Shown here piece by piece: positions 53,774 through 64,000 of a stretch of 64,000 bases of DNA. Location: assembly GCA_964016885.1 (NCBI GenBank), contig OZ024742.1, forward strand, positions 227,478,001-227,542,000. Reading direction: 5' to 3'. This stretch comes from Eledone cirrhosa. Lineage: Eukaryota. The translations under genes and the position numbers were made by a program. How positions within the stretch are numbered: position 1 is the stretch's first letter; each line of letters begins with the position of its first letter. The notes under the pieces were generated by a model, which ran no database searches, was not told the DNA's origin, and was given only the letters and a program-made list of their open reading frames with translations.

Positions 53774-55150
53774 GGGAACTCCTATACGCAGATGATCTAA
53801 CCCTCATAGCTGAATCAATGGCTGAACTAGAGAAGAAATTCCAAACATGGAAGCATGGCCTAGAATCAAAAGGCCTTAAAGTTAACTTGTCTAAGACTAA
53901 AGTCCTAGTTTGTAGAAAGGAAAATAAGGCACAGGTGTCCTCAGGGAAATGGCCATGCTCAGTGTGTAGGAAAGGAGTAGGCAGAAATTCAATTTTATGT
54001 CCCAAATGCAAACTATGGGTACATAAAAGATGTAGTGGGATCACAGGTAAACTATCTAAGAACGTAGACTTTATATGTGGCCAATGCTCAGGTGCAATAA
54101 GTAGCAAGTGTCCACAGGATACTAGCCCCTTCTATTGCCCAGATGGTTCTATAGAAATAGTAGACACTTTCCGTTACCTGGGTGACGAAATCAGTGATGA
54201 AAGTACAGTAGCCAGAGTCACAACGGGATGGAAAAAGTTCAGATAGTTTATACCACTGTTGGCCACAAAGGTTTCTCTCTAAAAATGAAAGGCAGATTCT
54301 ATGATGCCTGTATACGAACAGCAATGCTACATGGCAGTGAGACATGGGCATTACGCGCAGAGGACCTGCGTAGACTGGAAAGGAACGAAGCATGCATGCT
54401 CCGTTGGATGAGTAATAGTAATATACGTGAACGGCAAAGCATAAATGAACTAAGTGAGAAATTAGGAATAAGAGGGATCAGATGCTGTTTACTTGAGAGA
54501 AGATTACGTTGGTATGGTCACGTGATGCGCATGAAAGACGACAGCGGTATAAAAAAGTGCAGGGCGATCAAAATTGATGGTAGTTACGGAGTAGGTAGAC
54601 CCAGAAAAACCTGGGACGATCTGATAAATTCCGACCTTATACACTTACACCTCTCTAAGACAATGTCACTAGACCGAGATCTTTGGCTCTACGCAGTAAT
54701 ACAGAAGACCTGCCTTGCCTATGTACAAAGCGAAACCTACAGTCAGTAGGCACCTCTTAACCAAATATACACCCCAATCCACTACCCCTACCCTATCCTC
54801 CCACTCCCACCAACACCACCCTCTCTCTGTAAAGTTGGTACCACAACATCCAGTCCAAATAAATAAGATAATGAGATCGAGATCGTGTAGGTGTCACGTG
54901 AAAAAAATCACCCAGTCCACTCTGTAATATGGCCGTGTAGGTAACACGGTAAACGTTTTCCAGTTCCTCACTGTAAATGTGGTTGGTGTTAGGAAGGACA
55001 TCTAGCCGTAGAAAACCTGCCAGATAGCCCTATATGAGCGAGACACGGTCACCCGACCAACCTTGCCTCAAGTGGGACAACTCCCGTCTAACCCATGCTA
55101 GCGTGGAAGATGGACGTTAAACGAAGATGATGATGATGATGATGATGATA
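53772..55150 (+). mobile_element. 5'-truncated RTE LINE: RT YADD, PHD-like Cys finger, C-terminus, 3'UTR, (GAT)n tail
   Basis: ELLYADDL..GLKVNLSKTK..CSVC..CPKCKLWVHKRC..CGQC..FRYLG; MLHGSETW..RRLRWYGHVMR..GRPRKTW. Confidence 0.93.
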
Positions 55151-55168
55151 TAATGTGTGTGTCTATGC

Positions 55169-55248
<80 letters not shown>

Positions 55249-55251
<3 letters not shown>

Positions 55252-58049
55252 GGTGTTCCATTTTGCAAACTATTCGCTAATCATTCCATGTTCAAGTTAA
55301 TGAAATAACGAAGTATACCAATGGCACACTGTCACATCTTTCTATTTATGACGATTTTTTGGTCTGGCCTGTAGTATATTGCCCTTTCTGTTCACTTTAC
55401 TGAATCCAATGAAGAAATCACGGCATGGCGAAATCAAATTTAAATAAGCAGGGGGAATACGTTCTAAATACACAATATTATTGGGAAGGGCGGTGGATTG
55501 GCAGTATCAATAGAGGGTCGGACGCCATGCTTTCCAGCATAGTTACGTCCCTTTACGATCTGAGTTCAAATCCCGCCGAGGTTGACTTTGCCTTTCATCC
55601 TTACGGGGTCGATAAAATAAAGTACCAGTAATGCACTGGGTAATTGCTGCCTAAAGTAGAGACAATTAATGGGGTTAAAGACAAGACAGTAACACTTCTT
55701 ATTAATGAAATTTATAATTGAAAATGTCCCCCTTTGTCTTCTAGGGGCACGTGTTTCCTTTGCCCCGCAACAAATTTTAGGAGGAACTCTTTATGATTTT
55801 CATCCTAAGTAGAATCATTAAACCTCATTATCAGACAAATACTTCACTCAGCAATGTTATTCACAACTTTCATGGCATCAATAGATGCTTTGATTTCACC
55901 GTCAGTGCAAAAATCCAAATTATTTAGGACAATGTCGAGTGGATGGAAAAAGTTATTTATTTCCTTCGACTTTCTTCATCACCTTCTTTTATTTTTCTTT
56001 TGTTAAATTTTGGAACATTTTTTTTTCTTCTCAAATCCAAGCCTTTCGTCAAAGAAAGCCAACGCTACTAACTCTTCCGACAAGTACTACAGGTGACGTC
56101 GAAAGTCCGTCTCTGCCACAGTTCTGATCTGTTGGTCAGGATACATTAGGAGCTTCATCAAATTGAGATCATTCTTTGGATCTCATCTGGGGACCATCGC
56201 TTCGTTCCAGAATTTTACATACACCAAAGTCACAAAGTAAGCGACTTTTAGTAGATCTTGCAATTCATGTGGTGTAAGCTTAAGTTGTTCTTTGAACAGA
56301 ACTAGCTTGATCACATATATGGCCTTAGCCATCCAATGAGCCTGGTAGTAAGCTCCTGGGGCCAAGAAGGAGAACTGAGGAGATGGCCTACCACCAAGAT
56401 AGAGAAGGAAGAGCTTTATGAACTTGGCATAGTCTTCTCGGGGATGATCTACAGAAATTAGTACAATCAATAGATATTCAACCATCTCCTATCTCTTTTG
56501 CTTCTAAATATCTATGGGCTTATCATCGTCCAAGATAGTTTGATAATGAGACTTATCTATGGAATCCCAATGTTCCTGAAACATTTTGTAAGACCGGGAC
56601 CACATGATGGGTAAAAGATCTCAAAGATGTTCTTCAAAACTAGTTCAAGAATGTGATGTAGGCAATTTTTTCAAAGCTGCTTCAATTTTCGTATAGGTTC
56701 CTTGGTGCTTGCCGGTGTTGTGGGCAGTGGTGTCGAAGGACATACCAATTATTCTCTCCTCCATTTTGAGTCGTTGAATTTCCTTCAAAACGACTTCAGC
56801 GACTTGTCCGATTCTATCTCTTGCAATCGGAACATCTAAGAGCCTCCTCCTTTCCTTTTCCTGTAACTAAAACTTCAATCCGATCTTCGAGTTTGCTGGA
56901 TCGGGAAACTAATGGTAATAATTTTCCATCCCAGTAGAGAAGTAGCCAGCATCTGTCTTCAAGTGGGAAAGCGGATAACTCGATCTCCGGAGCCATCTTC
57001 TCACACTGACTGGTTCTTGCTCGATAAACATTTAAGGAGCGAATCAAAAGTTCAAACACATCATTACCAAGATTCTTCGCAATTGCCATGTAAGAAGTAC
57101 TTGCTTATCGTAACAATAGTTTTTCCGGTTCCCACATAGCAACGAAAGTGGTGTCGGAAGTCAGCTTTAATCATGGGGGTTTTCGGTGTGGGAATGACTT
57201 GAAAATTTCATCACCATCATCACTAATACTGGACTGGATGACGAACTTTCAAGACATACTTTCTTAAACATCTTTACTTCTCCATCCTGCTTTTTCTTTC
57301 TTACTTTTATATCGTGAGTCTTCATTTCCTTCTTCTGAATGACTCTCATATGTTCTGCATCAACACTATCCATCAACAAAGACATCTAATCTTCTTGCTG
57401 TGTCTCAAGGAAAGCTTTGTCTTCAGATGGGACATCCTTTCTTTCGAGAACGACATGATTTGCGATGTCAAAAATTTCCTCATGATCACCTTTCCAAATC
57501 TCACGCTTTACAATTGCTTTGTCAGTCATCCTTGATTTTTCTTTTTTCTGTCCTTGATATTCGTTATACACTGAAGTGCGAATGTTTTTTGTGGGGTTTT
57601 TTTTCTGTTTTTAGTAGGGATATTTGCTTTTCCCCACACTTCCTAGATCTTCTGGCTAGTGTTTTTGCAGCAACTGAAATTGTCTCCCTGAGTTCGAAGT
57701 GATGGTTACAAAAACACAAGAGCACTTGTGGTGATGGTAGGGGTTTTGCTGATGGTGGTGGTGTAGTTGTAGGTGATGGTTGTGGTGATGGTGGAGTACT
57801 AATGGTATTGGCAATGGTTGTGTTATAATGCTAGTGCTGGTACTGGTGGTGATGGTGATGGTGGTGGTGTAGAGGAACTACAAGTATTGAAGTCATTTTT
57901 TGCAGGAGGGGGGGGGGGGGGGCATAGCATTCAAATATATCTGTATCTTCTCGTATTTTCGCCTGTATAGCTTTTATGTGAAATGGATTCAGAGTGCAAT
58001 TGACATGAGGTGATTCCAACAAAAAAATGTCCCTATATGAAACACCCTA
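55249..58049 (-). mobile_element. hATm-like DNA transposon with degenerate transposase
   Basis: TIRs tagggtgttccat / atgaaacacccta; YWDGKLLP, MSFDTTAHNTG, HHILELVL, PREDY, PGA..AHWMAKAIY. Confidence 0.82.
55488..55668 (+). mobile_element. SINE family A nested in the hATm-like element
   Basis: Head with B-box gagttcaaatcc and core ctttgcctttcatccttacggggtcgataaaataaagtaccag. Confidence 0.88.
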
Positions 58050-58321
58050 ACACACACACACATATGTTTCTACTTTTGGCACAATGCCAGCAATTATCCC
58101 AGTGCATTACTGGTACTTTATTTTATTGACCCCGTAAGGATGAAAGGCAAAGTTAACCTCGGTGGGATTTGAACTCAGACGTAAAGGGACGTAACCCTAT
58201 GCTGAATAACCAACCAGTTAATATTTACAACATTATTTTACTCTACGAACATTTCAATGCAGGAAGGAGGACCGTGCCTTAATAGATATACTTGGGGCCG
58301 GTCCGCTGCTCTACATATCCT

Positions 58322-58477
<156 letters not shown>

Positions 58478-59020
58478 CAGGTCGATCATCAGTGCTACTG
58501 GTAACATGTAACCCATTACAGACTGCATGGTCGGGGGTCGTCGGTGACTAAACCAGCAACCTCACTAAGCTTGCTTGGTGAGGAGGGTGATCTTGGACAC
58601 CCTGCGAGATGAAAATCAAGACCCGTCAAAGAGCGGGGGAACTCAGGAGAGTCAACCGCCATCCAATAAAAAAAATTTTATGGAGTGAGAAACTCCTAGT
58701 CTTGACTAGTACATCTCTCTAAGAGAAGGTCACTCTGATATAAAACCTGTGACTTCGTTTGCATCCAATAACGTTAACCAGTTCTACTTTTTGGGTAAAT
58801 GCATTCGATGTTCAAAGAGTGGGATTGGCCGCGTACAAAGCCTTTCCTCAATTAAAAAAGCTTCAAACACAGGCATCACTTGATATGTGACATTTTTTGC
58901 GATGCATGGCATTGTTGGCCATAGGCAAGTCCCTAGCAGGACTAAAGAAGTCAAGTCCGTGATGCCCATACTTAAGTATCAAGCGATAGCATTACTAGAG
59001 ATTTAGTTGCAGCCATCATA
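58478..59020 (+). mobile_element. Dispersed repeat homologous to 4190-4635
   Basis: Shared blocks as listed for 4190. Confidence 0.55.
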
Positions 59021-59466
59021 TATATATATATATACACACACACACACGTATATATGTATATATATAAATATATATCGAGTCGAGAGAAAGAGAGAGAGAG
59101 TATAAACAATGCTTCATTCATCTAATATCTTAAGTGTATAAAACATTGTTTATACTAAATAAGCCCTCTTGCAACAGAAGATTGAGCAGTTTTCTTTGAT
59201 CTTTCACATACGCACACACATGTATATATATATATATATGAATACATTTAGTCCTTCATCAGTGATCTTCCAATCTTCATTGGTATTTCATCGCTTTAAA
59301 GACCATATACCTCCGGTTGGTGCGAGCAACGGCTAAAGAAAGTCGTTGGGACACGTAAATAAGGGGAACGAGCGAGACAGTAAACAATCAAAGATGGTAA
59401 TGCAACGAAAAGTGAGGAAGAAGGAGTCAAGTCCCTGAAATCGATGAACATAAGTTCTGAGAAAGC

Positions 59467-59534
<68 letters not shown>

Positions 59535-60035
59535 GAGATAAGCGGAGCAAGCAAGATTCAAACAATTTTTAAAAATAAATTAAAAAATATAATTTAAATA
59601 TTCACCTATTCCTTTTGCTTTTACCGACGGTTTCACCTCACAAAAGATTGGAAATCCTAGGGACTTCCAATGGAAATGTTCGGTATATATATATTTATAT
59701 ATATTGGTAATGGAGGCACATTACTTTACTCAGTTGTAGAAATGAGATGATAGGGACTGGGGTCCATATCATTCCACTGCAAAAGGGGTCATGGAGGTGC
59801 CACGGCAAAAAAGCACCCAGCACTCACTGTAAATGTGGTTGGTGTTAGGAAGGGCATCCATCTGTAGAAATCAAGCCAGAATCAGTTCCCGTCCCACCCT
59901 TGCAAGCAGGGAAAAGCAGACATAAAATGAAATGAGGATGAAATGATGATATATATATATATAATAAAAAAAGAAAATGTTCGCTCTACATGGTTGAATA
60001 CAATAAATGTAATCTTAGTTTTTCGAATATTAATA

Positions 60036-60218
60036 ATTGTTTCTACTTTATGCACAAGGCCAGCAATTACCCAGTGCATTACTGGTACTTTATTTTATCG
60101 ACCCCGTAAGGATGAAAGGCAAAGTCAACCTCGGTGGGATTTGAACTCAGACCGTAAAGGGACGTAACTATGCTGGAAAGCATGGCGTCCGACCCTCTAC
60201 CGATACTGCCAATCCACC
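60036..60218 (-). mobile_element. SINE family A with 18-bp TSD
   Basis: ttttcgaatattaataat at 60020-60037 and 60222-60239. Confidence 0.9.
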
Positions 60219-60446
60219 TTGTTTTCGAATATTAATAATAACATTCGATTTGTTTGCATAATTGCAAACAAATCGAATGTTATTATTAATATTAAAAAAA
60301 CTCAGATTACATTTATCTGTTAGAACACGAAAAGTGTGAAACAACAGAATGTTCACTTTTCGTGTTCTAACATATATGCCTAACATCTTCATAAATTTTT
60401 CGGGGATAGCCGTGGTGGTGGTGATCGTATGTCATTGGCTAATTTT

Positions 60447-60516
60447 CAACCAATCAGAGTAAGTGTTGATATATATATATATATATATATATATCAACAC
60501 TTACTCTGATTGGTTG
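60447..60516. repeat. Perfect 70-bp palindrome: 22-bp arms around (AT)n
   Basis: caaccaatcagagtaagtgttg-(AT)n-caacacttactctgattggttg. Confidence 0.9.
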
Positions 60517-61893
60517 TGGTTACCTCCGATTCAACCCGGAATAACGTATATATATATATATATATATACTATTCCCCCTCTCTCTATATATATCTTACGC
60601 TTTCGCTTTACACTCCTCCCCTTCAATAACACATTTCCCCCTCTCTATATATCTCTTCCACTGTTACTTACGCCTGTTTCTCTCTATCTGTTCCGTCTCT
60701 ATATATATATATCTCTTACTCTTTCGCTTTGCACTCCTCCCCTTCAATACCATCTCTCCCCCTCTCTATATATTTGTTACTCTATCGCTGCACGCTCCTC
60801 TCCTTCAATATATCAATTACACACGCTTTACACTCCTTTATCCCCAGCGCCCCTATATATACACCCCCCTCCCGCATCTATATTTTAATGTTCCGTTGCA
60901 CCGTGAATATATGTGTCTATATATATATACATATATATTGTATATACACATTCATGTATGTGTATACACACTCATGTATGTATATACACTGGTTTTATGT
61001 GTGTATTGTAAATTTGTACTGTTAAAACACGAAACTAACATTCGATTGACACTTTGATTACCTGTACAGGCAATAGTTATTAGAATGCTGTTGAAGTGTG
61101 TATATATTTTTGGGGGACATCCTGTATATACACACATTATATATAATACAATAAACAGATAAATACACACATATATATATGAGCTTATTTAATTATAAAT
61201 ATTGTGAATTTTTAACTCAGTTCAATTATATATATAAATGGCTTCTACAGGACTAGAACTGTTTCATTCGAAAGAAATCATCATAATATTGAGAGGGGGG
61301 ACTAGATAAAATATTTCAAATCAAATGTGTATAAGTTATAAGTTAAAATGTATAAATAGAGACGATAGTGGAGGTATATCTGTTTAGTGGAACAGTAGAC
61401 GATAGAATTAAATACAGACGAGAATCTCCCTTTAATGAAACAGCAGACGATAGAATTAAGGCAATTTAAATTTTAAGCATTTGCATTTCATCGTTACGGG
61501 GTCGATAAAATAAAGTACCAGTAATACACTGTCACTATAAGTAGACGACTTTCAAATTGAATTGTTGGTTCCATTTCTTTAGTATTTTCAATTGTAGTTA
61601 TCTACTTAAAAAGCGTTACACGGTTAGAGACATAATTGGTAAGTTATATCTTCCCTATTAAACCATTGCATTATTTCGCCTACAATAGAACAAAAATGAA
61701 ATGTTCTTTAAAGAAACAGGAATATAACTTTATAAAAAAAAAAGTTGCATCCGCTTCTTTTATCATTGATAATTTTTTCGTTTTAATATTAATTGTTTTT
61801 TGTAGTTGTTTATATTAAAAATCTTACTGTAATATTTACTTAAACGAAGGCAGACATCTAAACTTATAGATTAATCTTGAGCGAAGGACTAGA

Positions 61894-61968
<75 letters not shown>

Positions 61969-61972
<4 letters not shown>

Positions 61973-62266
61973 GAAGAATGATAACATTTCAAGCAAAGAG
62001 TTTAATTAGGTAATGACTTACAAATTTGTTTCAGTATATATTTAATATAATATTAATATATTTTGTAATATTATTAACTAATTATTATAATTAGCGCTTC
62101 AGGCTTTGTCTATATACTGAAACAAATTTGTAAGTCATTACCTAATTAAACTCTTTGCTTGAAATTTTATCACTCTTCGTTTTGAATTTCTCCTAAGTAT
62201 TCAATACTCTGTTGAGAAATACATTTTACATAAACAGTCTTTGTACCATTTATACGGTATTAATTA

Positions 62267-62270
<4 letters not shown>
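61969..62270. mobile_element. Fold-back insert: ~72-bp arms with a hammerhead 3' half, plus right tail
   Basis: Arms 61969-62040 / 62111-62182; GAAACaaatttGTA|agtc in each arm, no CTGATGA. Confidence 0.8.
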
Positions 62271-62349
<79 letters not shown>

Positions 62350-62515
62350 CGTATGATTAGAACTGTGTTTATTATTAATATTTTAATGGATTTAATGAAA
62401 AATTTTAGGTGTTCATATATATATTCTAAAACTGCGCGAAATCGTGAATCCGCGATAGTTGAACCGCCAAGTAGCGAGGTATCACTGTATATATGTTTAA
62501 ATATATAGTGTAGCT

Positions 62516-62980
62516 GTGATGTATCTCGCGAGTGAATCGAGACCTGTCACTGATTTTGGTGTCCCCACTGCCGATGTGAATGAGCAACGCTGCACTTGTG
62601 AATTGGGTCTTGATGTTGCAGGCAGTTCATATACTTACAATGATGCGGTCCCACAAGCTTGTTCACATTCCTGTGCTAATAATCTAGATGGGCGTATTAA
62701 ATTGGATGTGAAAGCAGCTTACCGGATGCGGAATCGGGAGAAGTTGAGACAAAAACAGGCCGATTATAGAGCTGTGAATTTTGCTAAATTAACACAAAAA
62801 CAGGCCAAGTATAGATGTTCAAAACGGTATGAGTTGGCAAACAAGCAGGCCAAGTATAGATCTGCAAATTCAGCTATTATATCTCAAAAGCAAGCCGAGC
62901 GTAGAGCTTCTAAACGTACCGAGTTGGCTAAAGAGCAGACCAAGTACAGATCTGCAAATATCTTATTGCACAAACAATAA
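62516..62980 (+). other. Open frame with 15-aa basic repeats (KQAxYRxxN), possibly a Helitron or viral N-terminal relic
   Basis: Five to six 45-bp units in frame; lies between a Tigger-like end (62430-62488) and a SINE. Confidence 0.35.
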
Positions 62981-63008
62981 TTCTGCACAAATGTTGCTCC
63001 ATTATTTT

Positions 63009-63186
63009 GGCAGTATTGGTAGAGGGTCGGATGCCATGCTTTCCAGCATAGTTACGTCCCTTTACGATCTGAGTTCAAATCCTGCCGAGGTTGACTTTGC
63101 CTTTCATCCTTACGGGGTAGATAAAATAAAGTACCAGTAATGCACTGGGTAATTGCTGGCCTTGTGCCTAAAGTAGAAACAATTAT
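63009..63186 (+). mobile_element. SINE family A
   Basis: Head and core. Confidence 0.88.
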
Positions 63187-63373
63187 TAGATCTAATGTTG
63201 CAACGATACAGTTAAATGTTGTCTGTGTATTTTAAAAAAGATTTGCTTATAATCTTTTCAAATTTCATTACGCCAATGATTCAAGCTCAAATTGACATTA
63301 TCTAAAAAATTGTACAAACAGCGGTGGATTAGCAGTAGTGAACAGATAAATCAGTCAATTTATTAAGATTGAC

Positions 63374-64000
63374 TTGGCATCAATCAGCAAGACCTTCATT
63401 AGCTGCTCTCCAGCCATCTATTTAAAGCTGTATACATCTATGGTACGAATACACTTGGAGTTCGCGTCATCAGTCTGGAACCCCTATCTTGCTCAGAACA
63501 TTGACCTCCTGGAAACTGTTCAGAGACATGCAACCAAGCGCATACCCTCCATCAGACACCTACCATACCCTGAATATTTTGCTTCCCTCTGGCAATGGAC
63601 TTGGTAAACACCCACAAAGTTATTAACCATCCGACCAACAACAACCCCGAACACCTTTTTGATCTCCATGTGTCTAACACGTGGACATGCCTACAAAGTC
63701 AGAAAACAACACAGCTCCCATGACTTTAGGAAATATTTCTTCATGCTCAGAGTTGCTGAAGGATGGAACAAACTTCCTGCATCAGTTGTTAGCTGATGAC
63801 ACACTGCATCCTTTAAAACCATCATACATTCCGAAATACACCAAAACTACACCTGATGTCCCCCTTCCATACACATGCACATATGTGTATATCATGACTC
63901 ATGCACTGTTCTTTTTTCCTGACGTTTTTATATTACCCTATGTATTATATATGCACTTTTGATGAGTTGTAGTGCACCTCAGCATTGTACACAATATTTT
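63374..64000 (+). mobile_element. CR1-clade LINE 3' end
   Basis: KLYTSMVRIHLEFASSVWNPY..IDLLETVQRHATK; TRGHAYK..RKYFF..RV..WNKLP. Confidence 0.9.

Noticed and set aside
55488-55580. SINE heads as tRNA genes
   Set aside because: A/B boxes present but no cloverleaf; each continues into a SINE core
58480-58610. Possible HDV-like ribozyme at the 5' end of a LINE-derived repeat
   Set aside because: Could not build the nested double pseudoknot by eye
61240-61290. Minus-strand atgatga-ttctttcgaat-gaaac...gtc
   Set aside because: Lacks C3 and stem I; at most a decayed ribozyme

Overview
AT-rich, microsatellite-dense eukaryotic DNA whose repeat content (tRNA-headed SINEs, RTE LINEs with (GAT)n tails, mariner, hAT, Helitron) looks like an octopod cephalopod genome (inferred, not proven). 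No recognisable intact protein-coding gene; most listed ORFs are microsatellite artefacts or transposon relics (Tx1/L1, RTE, CR1, CRE-like, I/R1-like with RNase H, Penelope-like, three mariners, hATm-like, Helitrons, MITEs). Main signals: (1) nine (TA)n-embedded fold-back inserts with a shared design (arm, inverted arm, one-sided tail). Several carry type I hammerhead ribozyme cores (CUGAUGA...GAAA...NUH) and one is joined to a Penelope-like GIY-YIG endonuclease fragment. (2) An intron-containing tRNA-Lys(UUU) gene with a Pol III terminator. (3) A 40-bp minisatellite with ten perfect CRE palindromes next to a PBX-MEIS/KLF motif cluster. (4) A visibly CpG-depleted domain (~29-51 kb) containing a candidate 96-nt exon, suggesting a hidden methylated gene body. 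Everything was read by eye; no database searches were run.
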